Both the position numbers and the translations under genes were made by a program. Positions 1-10,532 of a DNA stretch of 64,000 nt are shown in pieces. This DNA comes from Bacteroidales bacterium (GTDB lineage: Bacteria; Bacteroidota; Bacteroidia; Bacteroidales; Muribaculaceae): assembly GCA_003150235.1 (NCBI GenBank), contig QAMW01000015.1:5471-69470 (forward strand), written 5' to 3'. The notes under the pieces were generated by a model. That model was not told the origin of the DNA and made no database searches. It saw only the letters and a list, made by a program, of their open reading frames with translations. Each line of letters opens with the position of its first letter. Positions within the stretch are counted from its first letter, which is position 1.

Positions 1-2942
1 AGACTGTATTGCTCCATAAGGAGGATGCAAATACAAGCGATTACTCGATTATTTTCAATACTCTTCAGAAAGATACCTCCAACTCAGAGAAGGAGGCAAT
101 CCAATATATATACAGGCAGCTGCGCAACGCGGAGCCGCCGGATGACGCGTCGGCTCGCGAGGTAATCACCAACCTTTTCTTCTCTGAAAAGCGTTACGAC
201 CTCGGCGAAGTGGGCCGTTACCGTATCAATAAGAAACTCGGTCTTGGCACTTCTATGGAGGTGAAGGTCCTTACCAAGGAGGATATAATCGCCATTATCA
301 AGTACCTTATAGAGCTTATAAACTCCAAGACTGATGTCGACGATATCGACCACCTGAGTAACCGTCGTGTCCGCACCGTGGGCGAGCAGCTTTACAATCA
401 GTTTGGAGTAGGTCTGGCACGTATGTCGCGCACAATCCGTGAGCGTATGAACGTACGTGACAACGAGGATTTCACTCCTATTGACCTTATTAACGCGAAG
501 ACTATTTCTTCGGTAATCAATACATTCTTCGGTACCAATGCACTTTCTCAGTTCATGGACCAGACCAACCCGCTTGCGGAGATGACCCACAAGCGTCGTA
601 TGTCGGCTCTCGGTCCCGGTGGTCTGTCGCGTGAGCGCGCAGGCTTCGAGGTGCGTGACGTACATTATACCCATTACGGCCGTCTTTGCCCGATTGAGAC
701 TCCTGAAGGTCCGAATATCGGTCTTATCTCGTCTCTTTGTGTATATGCGAAAATCAATGACCTCGGATTTATCGAGACCCCCTACCGCAAGGTTGACGGT
801 GGGAAGGTTAACATCAACAATGACGAGGTTGTATATCTCACTGCCGAGGTTGAGGAAGGTCAGGTTATCGCACAGGGCAATGCTCCCCTTAATCCCGATG
901 GCAGCTTCGTGCGCGACAGGGTTAAGGCTCGTCTTGACGCCGATTTCCCGATTGTCACTCCGGAGGAAGTAAACCTAATGGATGTGTCGCCGACACAGAT
1001 TGCGTCTATCGCGGCTTCATTGATTCCCTTCCTCGAGCACGATGACGCTAACCGTGCGTTGATGGGATCTAACATGATGCGCCAGGCTGTGCCGTTGCTC
1101 CGTTCGGAGGCGCCTATTGTTGGTACCGGTCTGGAAGGTCAGCTTATACGTGACTCACGCACTCAGATTACCGCTGAGGGCGACGGTGTAATCGAGTTTG
1201 TCGACGCTACCGTCATCCGTATCCGTTACGACCGCACCGAGGATGAGGAATTTGTGGCATTTGAAGACTCCGTAAAGGAATACCATATACCGAAGTTCCG
1301 TAAGACCAACCAGAGCACCACTATCGACCTCCGCCCGATTTGCGAGAAGGGACAGCGTGTGACTCCGGGACAGATTCTTACCGAAGGTTATTCTACTGAA
1401 AACGGTGAACTTGCTCTCGGCCGTAACCTCAAGGTGGCGTTCATGCCCTGGAAGGGTTACAACTATGAGGATGCTATTGTGCTCAACGAGCGTGTGGTTC
1501 GTGAGGATATCCTTACATCAGTGCATGTCGATGAATATTCGCTCGAAGTGCGCGAGACAAAGCGCGGTATGGAAGAACTCACGAGCGATATCCCCAATGT
1601 CAGCGAGGATGCCACAAAGGATCTTGACGAGCGCGGTATAATCCGTGTAGGTGCGCATGTGGCTCCGGGCGATATCATGATTGGTAAGATTACTCCTAAG
1701 GGAGAGTCCGACCCGACTCCGGAAGAAAAACTCCTCCGTGCCATCTTCGGTGACAAGGCAGGCGATGTGAAGGATGCTTCACTGAAGGCTACACCGTCGC
1801 TTAAGGGGGTCGTGATCGGTACCAATCTGTTCTCTCGTGCCGCAAAGAAGAAAAAGACCAAGAGTGCCAATGCCCAGCTTCCCAAGCTCGACGAAGAGTA
1901 TGAGGTTAAGCAGGGTGAGCTTAAGGATATTCTTATCAATAAACTCATGGTGCTTACCGAGGGTAAGACTTCACAGGGTGTGAAAGACTTCCTCGGTGCT
2001 GATATCATAGCAAAGGGTGCCAAGTTTACTCCCGCTGCTCTTAAGGATATCGACTTTGACACTGTCAACCTGTCCAAGTGGACCGCTGATGCTCACAAAA
2101 ACGAGCTTATCCGTGCTACCATCGTCAATTATCTCCGCAAATCCAAGGAGATTGACGCCGAGCTCCGCCGCAAGAAGTTCGACATCTCGATAGGTGACGA
2201 GCTTCCCTCCGGTATCATGCAGATGGCAAAGGTTTACGTTGCAAAGAAGCGTAAGATTAGCGTGGGTGACAAGATGGCGGGTCGTCACGGTAACAAAGGT
2301 ATCGTGTCGCGTATCGTCCGTCAGGAAGATATGCCGTTCCTTGCCGACGGTACTCCCGTTGATATCTGTCTTAACCCGCTGGGTGTGCCTTCACGTATGA
2401 ACCTCGGTCAGATTTTTGAGACCGTACTCGGTTGGTCGGGTGCTATTCTCGATGAGAAGTTCGCTACTCCGATTTTCGATGGCGCAAGTCTTGACGACCT
2501 TAACGAGTGGACCGACAAGGCAGGGCTTCCCCGCTATGGAAAGACCTATCTTTACGACGGAGGTACAGGTGAGCGTTTCGACCAGCCCGCTACAGTGGGT
2601 GTGATTTACATGCTTAAGCTCGGTCACATGGTCGAGGATAAGATGCATGCCCGTTCAATAGGTCCGTACTCTCTTATTACCCAGCAGCCGCTCGGTGGTA
2701 AGGCTCAGTTCGGTGGTCAGCGTTTCGGAGAGATGGAGGTTTGGGCGCTCGAGGCATTCGGCGCATCCCACATCCTTCAGGAAATCCTCACCATCAAGAG
2801 TGATGATGTCAACGGACGTAGCAAGGCTTACGAGGCTATCGTCAAGGGCGAGCCGATGCCGCAGGCAGGTATCCCCGAGTCTCTTAACGTGTTGCTCCAT
2901 GAGCTTCGCGGTCTCGGATTGAGCATCAACCTTGAGCAATAA
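1..2942 (+). CDS. rpoB: DNA-directed RNA polymerase subunit beta (5' end cut by window edge)
   Basis: Open frame runs from the window start. Beta-subunit motifs are present: [58 protein letters not shown]. rpoC follows 34 nt downstream. Confidence 0.97.
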   Translation, partial: TVLLHKEDANTSDYSIIFNTLQKDTSNSEKEAIQYIYRQLRNAEPPDDASAREVITNLFFSEKRYDLGEVGRYRINKKLGLGTSMEVKVLTKEDIIAIIKYLIELINSKTDVDDIDHLSNRRVRTVGEQLYNQFGVGLARMSRTIRERMNVRDNEDFTPIDLINAKTISSVINTFFGTNALSQFMDQTNPLAEMTHKRRMSALGPGGLSRERAGFEVRDVHYTHYGRLCPIETPEGPNIGLISSLCVYAKINDLGFIETPYRKVDGGKVNINNDEVVYLTAEVEEGQVIAQGNAPLNPDGSFVRDRVKARLDADFPIVTPEEVNLMDVSPTQIASIAASLIPFLEHDDANRALMGSNMMRQAVPLLRSEAPIVGTGLEGQLIRDSRTQITAEGDGVIEFVDATVIRIRYDRTEDEEFVAFEDSVKEYHIPKFRKTNQSTTIDLRPICEKGQRVTPGQILTEGYSTENGELALGRNLKVAFMPWKGYNYEDAIVLNERVVREDILTSVHVDEYSLEVRETKRGMEELTSDIPNVSEDATKDLDERGIIRVGAHVAPGDIMIGKITPKGESDPTPEEKLLRAIFGDKAGDVKDASLKATPSLKGVVIGTNLFSRAAKKKKTKSANAQLPKLDEEYEVKQGELKDILINKLMVLTEGKTSQGVKDFLGADIIAKGAKFTPAALKDIDFDTVNLSKWTADAHKNELIRATIVNYLRKSKEIDAELRRKKFDISIGDELPSGIMQMAKVYVAKKRKISVGDKMAGRHGNKGIVSRIVRQEDMPFLADGTPVDICLNPLGVPSRMNLGQIFETVLGWSGAILDEKFATPIFDGASLDDLNEWTDKAGLPRYGKTYLYDGGTGERFDQPATVGVIYMLKLGHMVEDKMHARSIGPYSLITQQPLGGKAQFGGQRFGEMEVWALEAFGASHILQEILTIKSDDVNGRSKAYEAIVKGEPMPQAGIPESLNVLLHELRGLGLSINLEQ

Positions 2943-2976
2943 TCATTTACAAGACAAAGAAAGGTAAATACATAAT

Positions 2977-5900
2977 ATGGCTTTTAGAAAAGACAATAAG
3001 ACAAAAACCGGTTTTTCCAAAATCTCCATCGGACTTGCTTCGCCCGAGGAGATTCTGGAGAAGTCAAGCGGCGAGGTTCTCAAGCCTGAGACCATCAACT
3101 ACCGCACCTACAAGCCCGAGCGCGACGGTCTCTTCTGCGAGAAGATATTCGGTCCGGTAAAGGACTACGAGTGTCATTGCGGAAAGTACAAGCGCATCCG
3201 TTATAAGGGCATCGTGTGCGACCGTTGTGGTGTCATGGTGACTGAGAAGAAAGTGCGTCGCGAGCGTATGGGTCATATCAAGCTCGTCGTTCCTGTCGCA
3301 CACATCTGGTATTTCCGTTCATTGCCCAACAAAATCGGCTATCTACTCGGACTTCCCTCGAAGAAGCTCGACGCTGTAATCTACTATGAGCGTTATGTGG
3401 TGATACAGCCCGGTGTTGCTGAAGGCGTTCAGGCTCTTGACCTGCTTACCGAAGAGGAATACTTTGATATACTCGACAAGCTCCCCCAGGGAAATCAGCA
3501 GCTTGAAGATACCGATCCCAATAAATTCATCGCCAAGATGGGTGCAGAGGCTGTTTACGACCTGCTTACCCGTCTTGACCTTGATTCTCTTTCTTACGAG
3601 TTGCGTCACCGCGCCAATACCGACGGTTCGCAGCAGCGTAAGACCGAGGCGCTCAAGCGTCTGCAGATTGTAGAGTCGTTCCGTGCCTCACGTCACCGCA
3701 ACAAGCCTGAGTGGATGATTCTTCAGGCTGTGCCAGTGATTCCGCCGGAACTTCGCCCGCTTGTGCCTCTCGACGGCGGTCGTTTTGCGACATCCGACCT
3801 TAACGACCTTTACCGCCGTGTTATTATACGTAACAACCGTCTGAAACGTCTTATCGAGATAAAGGCTCCCGAAGTCATCCTCCGTAATGAGAAGCGTATG
3901 CTTCAGGAGGCTGTTGACTCTCTGCTTGACAACTCTCGTAAGTCATCGGCTGTGAAGACCGAAGCTAACCGTCCCCTCAAGTCACTTTCCGACTCTCTCA
4001 AGGGTAAGCAGGGTCGTTTCCGTCAGAACCTTCTCGGTAAGCGTGTCGACTATTCCGCACGTTCGGTTATCGTCGTCGGTCCTGAGTTGAAGATGCACGA
4101 GTGCGGTATTCCCAAGAATATGGCTGCCGAGCTTTACAAGCCGTTCATCATCCGTAAGCTCATTGAGCGCGGTATCGTGAAGACCGTGAAATCGGCGAAA
4201 AAGATTGTCGATCGCAAGGAACCTGTCGTTTGGGATATCCTCGAACACGTGATGAAAGGTCATCCCGTGCTGCTTAACCGTGCCCCGACACTTCACCGTC
4301 TCGGTATCCAGGCATTCCAGCCCAAGATGATCGAGGGCAAGGCTATCCAGCTTCACCCGCTTGCTTGTACGGCATTCAACGCCGACTTCGACGGTGACCA
4401 GATGGCAGTACACCTCCCTCTCGGCAACGAGGCTATTCTCGAGGCACAGATGCTTATGCTCGGTGCCCACAACATTCTTAACCCCGCTAACGGTGCGCCT
4501 ATCACCGTGCCTTCTCAGGACATGGTGCTCGGTTTGTATTATATCACCAAACTTCGTGAAGGCGATAAGGGCGAGGGTTCCAAGTTCTATGGTCCCGAAG
4601 AGGCTCAGATTGCCTACAACGAAGGTCGTGTTACTCTCCATGCTCCCGTTTCGGTGGTGGTTGATGACATTGATGAAAACGGCAATCCTATACAGCATCT
4701 TGTCGAGAAGACTTCTGTAGGTCGTATTCTCGTCAACCAGTTTGTTCCTAAGGAAATCGGTTATGTCAACCAGATTCTTTCCAAGAAGTCTCTGCGCGAC
4801 ATCATCGGTCGTGTAATCAACACTTGCGGTGTTACCCGTTCGGCACAGTTCCTTGACGACATTAAGAACCTCGGTTACTATATGGCATTCAAGGGCGGTC
4901 TGTCGTTCAACCTCGGTGACGTGCTTATTCCTGAGGAGAAAGAGAAACTCGTGGCTGAGGGTAACGAGCAGGTACAGGAAGTGCTCAACAACTACTCGAT
5001 GGGTTTCATTACCAACAACGAGCGTTACAATCAGATTATCGATATCTGGACTCATGTGAACTCACGTCTTACCGATATCCTCATGAAGCACATGACCGCA
5101 GCCAACCAGGGCTTCAACTCTGTCTTCATGATGCTTGACTCCGGTGCCCGTGGTTCTAAGGACCAGATTCGTCAGCTTGCCGGTATGCGTGGTCTTATGG
5201 CAAAACCGCAGAAAGCCGGTGCCGAAGGCGGTCAGATTATCGAGAACCCGATTCTTGCCAACTTCAAGGAAGGTCTGTCAGTGCTTGAGTACTTCATCTC
5301 AACCCACGGTGCCCGTAAGGGTCTTGCCGATACCGCATTGAAGACAGCCGACGCCGGTTATCTTACCCGTCGTCTTGTCGATGTGGCTCACGACGTGATT
5401 ATTCACGAGGAGGATTGTGGCACACTCCGTGGTCTCGTATGCACCGAAATCAAGAACAACGAAGAGGTTGTCGCTTCGCTTGGCGAGCGTATCCTCGGTC
5501 GTGTTTCCGTACATGATATTATCGATCCTATCACCGGTGAGGTTATAGTGGCTTCAGGCGAAGAAATCGATGAAGTTGCAGCCAACCGCATCAACGAATC
5601 GCCTATCGAATCGGTCGAAATCCGCTCGGTACTTACTTGTGAGTCTAAGAAAGGTGTATGCGCCAAGTGTTACGGTCGTAACCTTTCCAACAATCTTCTT
5701 GTCCAGAAGGGTGAGGCTGTCGGCGTGATTGCCGCGCAGTCAATCGGTGAGCCTGGTACTCAGCTTACACTCCGTACATTCCACGTCGGTGGTGTGGCTT
5801 CAAATATCGCGGCTGTGTCTACGATTACTTCACGTTATGAAGGTCATCTTGAAATCGAGGAACTTCGTACCGTCGACACCGAGGAGAAAGGTCCCGACGG

Positions 5901-7263
5901 ACAGACTGTCCAGGTGGTTATCGGTCGTCTTGCAGAAATGCGTATCATAGACCCCAATACCAAGATGATGCTTACCAACGCTAACATTCCTTACGGTTCG
6001 AAGCTCTATTTCCCCAATGGCGCTACCGTGAAGAAGGGCGATGTGATTTGCGAATGGGACCCGTTCAATGCCGTCATCATTTCGGAAGTCGGTGGTAAGA
6101 TTCAATTCCAGAACCTTGTCGAGAATGTCACCTATCGCGTGGACTACGATGAGCAGACCGGTCTTGAAGACAAGATTATAATAGAATCGAAGGATCGTAC
6201 ACGTGTGCCTGAGGCAAATATCGTTGATGCCAACGGTCAAATCATCAAGACGTATGCTCTCCCGGTAGGCGCTCACCTTATGGTTGAAGACGGTGCTTCC
6301 GTTAAACCGGGTGATGTATTTGTCAAGATTCCTCGTTCTGCCGGTAACGCCGGTGATATCACCGGTGGTCTTCCCCGTGTTACCGAGCTGTTTGAGGCTC
6401 GTAACCCGTCTAACCCCGCAATCGTTTCTGAAATCGACGGTGAGGTTAAGTTCGGTAAGGTCAAGAGAGGTAACCGCGAGATTTCCGTAACTTCCAAGCT
6501 TGGTGAGGTCAAGAAATATCTTGTGCCGCTGTCAAAGCAGATTCTTGTGCAGGAAAACGATTATGTACGCGCAGGTACTCCGCTTTCCGACGGTGCCATC
6601 ACTCCCGCCGATATCCTCAATATCATGGGTCCGACTGCCGTACAGGAATACATCGTCAACGAAGTTCAGGATGTCTACCGTATGCAGGGTGTGAAGATTA
6701 ACGATAAGCATTTTGAGGTTATCGTGCGTCAGATGATGCGCAAGGTCAACATCCTTGATCCGGGTGACACTTGCTTCCTTGAGCAGCAGATTGTCGACAA
6801 GCGCGAGTTTATGGATGAGAACGACCGCATCTGGGGTAAGAAAGTGGTGGTTGACGCAGGCGACAGCGAGACGCTTAAGCCCGGTCAGATTATCACCGCC
6901 CGCAAGCTCCGTGACGAGAACTCCGCCCTTAAGCGCCGCGACCTCAAGACTGTCACTGTACGTGATGCTGTTCCCGCTACTTCTGAGCAGATTCTTCAAG
7001 GTATCACTCGTGCCGCTCTTCAGACTTCAAGCTTCATGTCGGCTGCTTCATTCCAGGAGACTACCAAGGTGCTCAACGAGGCTGCTATCAACGGTAAGAC
7101 CGATTATCTTGAGGGCATGAAGGAAAATGTTATCTGCGGTCACTTGATTCCTGCCGGTACCGGACTTCGCGAATACAACAATCTTGTTGTTGCGGGTAAG
7201 GATGACATTGATTCCGTATTTGACTCTGCCGATGTGATTGATATCGCTCACACTGAGCTTTAA
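2977..7263 (+). CDS. rpoC: DNA-directed RNA polymerase subunit beta'
   Basis: 1428-aa ORF with an N-terminal zinc-binding [20 protein letters not shown] and the catalytic [12 protein letters not shown] motif. Sits in the canonical rpoB-rpoC order. Confidence 0.98.
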   Translation: MAFRKDNKTKTGFSKISIGLASPEEILEKSSGEVLKPETINYRTYKPERDGLFCEKIFGPVKDYECHCGKYKRIRYKGIVCDRCGVMVTEKKVRRERMGHIKLVVPVAHIWYFRSLPNKIGYLLGLPSKKLDAVIYYERYVVIQPGVAEGVQALDLLTEEEYFDILDKLPQGNQQLEDTDPNKFIAKMGAEAVYDLLTRLDLDSLSYELRHRANTDGSQQRKTEALKRLQIVESFRASRHRNKPEWMILQAVPVIPPELRPLVPLDGGRFATSDLNDLYRRVIIRNNRLKRLIEIKAPEVILRNEKRMLQEAVDSLLDNSRKSSAVKTEANRPLKSLSDSLKGKQGRFRQNLLGKRVDYSARSVIVVGPELKMHECGIPKNMAAELYKPFIIRKLIERGIVKTVKSAKKIVDRKEPVVWDILEHVMKGHPVLLNRAPTLHRLGIQAFQPKMIEGKAIQLHPLACTAFNADFDGDQMAVHLPLGNEAILEAQMLMLGAHNILNPANGAPITVPSQDMVLGLYYITKLREGDKGEGSKFYGPEEAQIAYNEGRVTLHAPVSVVVDDIDENGNPIQHLVEKTSVGRILVNQFVPKEIGYVNQILSKKSLRDIIGRVINTCGVTRSAQFLDDIKNLGYYMAFKGGLSFNLGDVLIPEEKEKLVAEGNEQVQEVLNNYSMGFITNNERYNQIIDIWTHVNSRLTDILMKHMTAANQGFNSVFMMLDSGARGSKDQIRQLAGMRGLMAKPQKAGAEGGQIIENPILANFKEGLSVLEYFISTHGARKGLADTALKTADAGYLTRRLVDVAHDVIIHEEDCGTLRGLVCTEIKNNEEVVASLGERILGRVSVHDIIDPITGEVIVASGEEIDEVAANRINESPIESVEIRSVLTCESKKGVCAKCYGRNLSNNLLVQKGEAVGVIAAQSIGEPGTQLTLRTFHVGGVASNIAAVSTITSRYEGHLEIEELRTVDTEEKGPDGQTVQVVIGRLAEMRIIDPNTKMMLTNANIPYGSKLYFPNGATVKKGDVICEWDPFNAVIISEVGGKIQFQNLVENVTYRVDYDEQTGLEDKIIIESKDRTRVPEANIVDANGQIIKTYALPVGAHLMVEDGASVKPGDVFVKIPRSAGNAGDITGGLPRVTELFEARNPSNPAIVSEIDGEVKFGKVKRGNREISVTSKLGEVKKYLVPLSKQILVQENDYVRAGTPLSDGAITPADILNIMGPTAVQEYIVNEVQDVYRMQGVKINDKHFEVIVRQMMRKVNILDPGDTCFLEQQIVDKREFMDENDRIWGKKVVVDAGDSETLKPGQIITARKLRDENSALKRRDLKTVTVRDAVPATSEQILQGITRAALQTSSFMSAASFQETTKVLNEAAINGKTDYLEGMKENVICGHLIPAGTGLREYNNLVVAGKDDIDSVFDSADVIDIAHTEL

Positions 7264-7286
7264 TCAATACATGGATACTATAATAA

Positions 7287-7319
7287 ATGGGCGTATCAAT
7301 CGCGATACGCCCATTTTTG
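7287..7319 (+). terminator. Rho-independent terminator after rpoC
   Basis: Stem atgggcgtatc / gatacgcccat with a 6-nt loop, followed by tttttg, 24 nt after the rpoC stop. Confidence 0.7.
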
Positions 7320-7388
7320 TATTGTTTTGGGGCAAAAAGATGCCACCTGACTCCGCTATTTAGTCGTATATTCCGTATATTTGCCGAT

Positions 7389-8471
7389 ATGAAGACTATT
7401 GCTGCTTTTTTACTGGCATTATCCCTGTTGTGCCATGTTTATGCCGTTGCCTGTACCTCGGCGATTGTCGGTGGACACCTTACTCCCGACGGCCGCCCGT
7501 TGCTTTGGAAACACCGTGACACCGGTACCGAGCATAATTTCGTGGCGAGTGTCGCCGCTCAGTCTCCCGGCGAAGCTGACTTTGTGGCGTTATTCAATGC
7601 CGGTGACACTCTTCTGCGTGAGGCGTGGACAGGTGTAAACAGTCATGGATTTGCCGTGATGAACACTGCTTCATATAATCTTGCTCCTGATACTGCGTCT
7701 TACCGCGACATGGAAGGCGTCATAATGGCGCGCGCCCTGAAGTCGTGCCGTACGGTCGCCGATTTCGCTATATTGCTTGACTCTCTCCCCAAGCCGCTCG
7801 GAGTCCAGGCTAATTTCGGAGTGATCGACTCTCTGGGCAATGGCGCATATTTTGAGACGGGAGACTATGGTTATACGATATATGATGTCGCTGATTCTCC
7901 CGAAGGATACATCATCCGCACAAACTATTCATGTTCCGGCGACTCGACGTGTGGCTACGGGTATATCCGGTTGCAGAATGCCGAAGCTCTTATACGTCCT
8001 TTTGTCGAAGCCCGGCAAGTTACTCCTGAGACATTTACTGAGTGTCTGTCACGCAGTTTTTATCATTCGTTATTAGGGCGAGATATGCTTGACAGCTCTG
8101 ACAGCTGGATTGTAGACCAGGATTTTATTCCCCGTTATTCGTCCAGTGCATCGGTGGTGATTGACGGTGGCGTGATGTGGACTGTGATAGGTTATCCGCC
8201 ATGTTCTTATGTGCTTCCCGCTACTGTCGAATACGTGCCTGCGCAGCTTGCCGCCGACCCGGCGACCGGTCGTAGCGCGCTTTGTGACACAGTCGTGGCG
8301 CGCAAGCATGAAGTGTTCCCCGTTAAACGTGGAAGCGGACAGCACTATATCGATGCTGTCCGCCTTAAATCGTATTGCGACTCATGTCGCTCTGTCAGTC
8401 TTGACAATTACCGCGAGTATCGCGACCGTTTATCTCGGGGCGATTTTCGGCTCGGTGGAGGGCATGATTGA
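7389..8471 (+). CDS. Secreted N-terminal-nucleophile (Ntn) hydrolase-like protein (C45/choloylglycine-hydrolase-like)
   Basis: Signal peptide MKTIAAFLLALSLLCHVYAVA is followed directly by Cys (CTSAIVGGHLTPDGRPLLWKHRD). That is the layout of Cys-Ntn hydrolases. Start moved to the ATG at 7389 because the longer ORF overlaps the rpoC terminator hairpin. Confidence 0.5.
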   Translation: MKTIAAFLLALSLLCHVYAVACTSAIVGGHLTPDGRPLLWKHRDTGTEHNFVASVAAQSPGEADFVALFNAGDTLLREAWTGVNSHGFAVMNTASYNLAPDTASYRDMEGVIMARALKSCRTVADFAILLDSLPKPLGVQANFGVIDSLGNGAYFETGDYGYTIYDVADSPEGYIIRTNYSCSGDSTCGYGYIRLQNAEALIRPFVEARQVTPETFTECLSRSFYHSLLGRDMLDSSDSWIVDQDFIPRYSSSASVVIDGGVMWTVIGYPPCSYVLPATVEYVPAQLAADPATGRSALCDTVVARKHEVFPVKRGSGQHYIDAVRLKSYCDSCRSVSLDNYREYRDRLSRGDFRLGGGHD

Positions 8472-8909
8472 CTCCACGTTGGCTATAAGCTCTTCTTCAG
8501 GCATAAAGCCTACACTGCGGTTGATTACACCCTCTGTGTTGACAAATAGCAGGGTAGGGATTGAGCTTACTCCATATTGTTTCGCGATGCCGGGGCATTT
8601 GTCGACATTAACGGAGATAAATCTTACTTTACCTTTATATTTATCAGCAACTTTGTGGAAGATGGGTGAGAGTTCCTTGCATGGAGGACACCATTCAGCC
8701 CAAAAGTCTACGACTACCGGTGCTGGTTGAGCACCGCCGAATTCAAGGATGTCGTCAGGTCCGAGTACTATAGGCTCTCCGCTTGCCTCCGCAAGCTCCT
8801 CTTGTAATTTCTCTTCTCCCTGGGCTTCCTTTTGTGCTGTGTTGCCGCCGCAGGAGGTAATCCACATTCCACATGCGAGCAGTGCCGCACAGATTAGTGA
8901 TTTTTTCAT
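8430..8909 (-). CDS. Thioredoxin-family lipoprotein
   Basis: WCPPC active site (FWAEWCPPCKELSP) and lipobox in MKKSLICAALLACGMWITSC. Start set at MKK because the longer ORF would overlap the mdh terminator hairpin. Confidence 0.85.
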   Translation of the reverse strand: MKKSLICAALLACGMWITSCGGNTAQKEAQGEEKLQEELAEASGEPIVLGPDDILEFGGAQPAPVVVDFWAEWCPPCKELSPIFHKVADKYKGKVRFISVNVDKCPGIAKQYGVSSIPTLLFVNTEGVINRSVGFMPEEELIANVESIMPSTEPKIAPR

Positions 8910-8930
8910 TATTGTCAGTTTAAATATAAA

Positions 8931-8959
8931 CAAGGTGTTCCGATTAAAGGAACACCTTG
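8931..8959 (-). terminator. Hairpin terminator downstream of mdh
   Basis: Perfect 11-bp stem caaggtgttcc / ggaacaccttg. On the minus strand it is followed by a T-rich run (gtttatattt). Confidence 0.55.
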
Positions 8960-8987
8960 CATTGTTATATGGTTCAATTCTCTATTA

Positions 8988-9923
8988 TCAGAGTGATGCG
9001 GCAAGTGCGCCGTTGGTTTTACGTACAGCCTCTGCACTCTTGGCGAAGAGAGCCTTTTCTTCTTCGTTGAGCTTGACGTCGATAATCTTCTCGATACCGT
9101 TCTTGCCCAGGAGACAGGGAACACCTATGCAGATGTCGCTTTCGCCATATTCACCTTCTACAAGTGCGGAGCAGGGGATTACACGCTTCTGGTCGTGGAG
9201 CACGGCTGCAACTACCGATGCCGAAGCTGCGCCGGGAGCATACCATGCTGAGGTGCCGAGAAGTGATGTGAGGGTGGCACCGCCTACCATTGTGTCGGCT
9301 GCTACCTTGGCAAGAGTTTCCTTGTCAAGAAGTTCGGTTGCGGGGATGCCGCGGTATGTAGCGTAACGGGTGAGAGGAATCATGGTGGTATCGCCGTGTC
9401 CGCCGATTACCATGCCTTCGATTTCGTTGGGGTTGGCGTTGAGGGCGATGCTGAGGAAATATTTGAAGCGTGAGCTGTCAAGCGCGCCGCCCATACCGAT
9501 GATGCGGTTTTTGGGAAGACCTGATACCTTGTGGATAAGATAGGTCATTGTATCCATAGGGTTTGACACGCAAAGGATGATTGCATTGGGTGAATATTTA
9601 AGCACGTTGTCGGTTACTGACTTTACGATGCCTGCATTTACACCGATAAGTTCCTCGCGGGTCATTCCGGGCTTACGGGGAATACCTGAAGTGATTACCA
9701 CTACGTCGCTGCCGGCAGTTTTCTCATAATCGTTTGTCACACCGGTCATGCGGGTGTTGATGGTGAGCAGATTTGCCGTCTGCATGATATCCATGGTCTT
9801 GCCTTCTGCGAGACCTTCCTTGATGTCGATTAATACTACCTCATCAGCGATGTTGTTGGTTACCAATACATTTGCACAGGTTGCTCCTACATTGCCCGCG
9901 CCTACAACTGTTACTTTTGACAT
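8988..9923 (-). CDS. mdh: Malate dehydrogenase (LDH-like MDH family)
   Basis: 311 aa. N-terminal Rossmann motif MSKVTVVGAGNVGATCA, plus IPRKPGMTREELIGVNA and GGHGDTMIP-type motifs. Confidence 0.9.
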   Translation of the reverse strand: MSKVTVVGAGNVGATCANVLVTNNIADEVVLIDIKEGLAEGKTMDIMQTANLLTINTRMTGVTNDYEKTAGSDVVVITSGIPRKPGMTREELIGVNAGIVKSVTDNVLKYSPNAIILCVSNPMDTMTYLIHKVSGLPKNRIIGMGGALDSSRFKYFLSIALNANPNEIEGMVIGGHGDTTMIPLTRYATYRGIPATELLDKETLAKVAADTMVGGATLTSLLGTSAWYAPGAASASVVAAVLHDQKRVIPCSALVEGEYGESDICIGVPCLLGKNGIEKIIDVKLNEEEKALFAKSAEAVRKTNGALAASL

Positions 9924-10133
9924 ATCTAAATTGGTTTATTTTGGTTGAAAAATCTTCACTCTTTATTCACCTGCAAAAATACGGAAATATTTCCGTATTT
10001 TGAAATCTTTAATAAAATTTTATTTTTCCCGCCTCAATGAGGTGATTGGATGTGCAGATTGTTGTCCGCAGTGCCTCATCTTTGTTTAGCCGGGGCGTTG
10101 AGCTAAGCGAAACCCCCGGAAATAGATGCAAAA

Positions 10134-10423
10134 TCAGATGTTTCCGTAGGAATCATCTTGGCGCATGGTTGATGATTCCATGTCGGGAAACGATATGGGG
10201 GCGAGCCCGCAGTCCGGGGGTATCGCTGCGCTCAACCGCTCGGCTAAATTTGGATTATCCCCTGAACGGGGATAAAACCATCACATTCAGAAATTTGCCT
10301 GTAGGTGCGTGCGTGGAAGTCGTGGAAGTCGAGCCCGTACATTGCATCGAGTTCCTTGCCGCCGAACTTGCAGGGCTGGTGGTCGGGAATTTGGTGGTAA
10401 TTGAATAGCTGGGAGAGGCGTTT
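10134..10423 (-). pseudogene. Possible frameshifted remnant of an RHS/YD-repeat core C-terminus
   Basis: The start-less minus-strand frame reads NYHQIPDHQPCKFGGKELDAMYGLDFHDFHARTYRQISECDGF. This resembles the RHS core ending (..GKE.D...GL..YDYGAR.YDP..GRF). A +1-shifted frame continues SGDNPNLAERL (compare DPLAEKY). There is no start codon, and stops occur in both frames. Confidence 0.3.
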
Positions 10424-10471
10424 TCATGATGTATGAGTGGTTTTCACAAATATAGCGATTGCAATCAGGCA

Positions 10472-10509
10472 TAAAGAAAAAGGGCTGAGTCAAGTCCTGA
10501 CACAGCCCT
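10472..10509 (-). terminator. Rho-independent terminator after the T9SS cargo gene
   Basis: Stem gggctg(t)gtca / tgac(t)cagccc on the minus strand, followed by ttttctttat. Lies 24 nt downstream of the stop at 10533. Confidence 0.65.
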
Positions 10510-10532
10510 CGTGGGTATTGCCTTTGTCGTGC

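Noticed and set aside
3982-5055. 357-aa ORF antisense to rpoC, plus several shorter antisense ORFs inside rpoB/rpoC.
   Set aside because: It lies entirely within a strongly supported, motif-rich gene on the other strand. The amino-acid composition is typical of antisense shadow frames, and it has no recognisable motifs.
7287-7388. Long N-terminal extensions offered by the ORF track. Examples are 7287 for the Ntn hydrolase, 8933 for the thioredoxin, 12071 for the T9SS protein, 31329 for Nif3, 58964 for the OMP and 61700 for PAP2.
   Set aside because: The extensions overlap terminator hairpins or upstream genes. They also precede internal ATG codons that give canonical signal peptides, lipoboxes or family N-termini, so the internal starts were used.
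9950-10130. Possibility of a structured ncRNA (RNase P RNA, tmRNA, SRP RNA) in the 600-nt gap between mdh and the T9SS gene. This includes the 120-aa ORF at 10046-10408.
   Set aside because: I could not find the conserved RNase P (GAGGAAAGUCCGGGC-type), tmRNA (tag ORF, 3' CCA arm) or SRP motifs on either strand. The ORF has an implausible composition. Part of the region is better explained as an RHS-like remnant.
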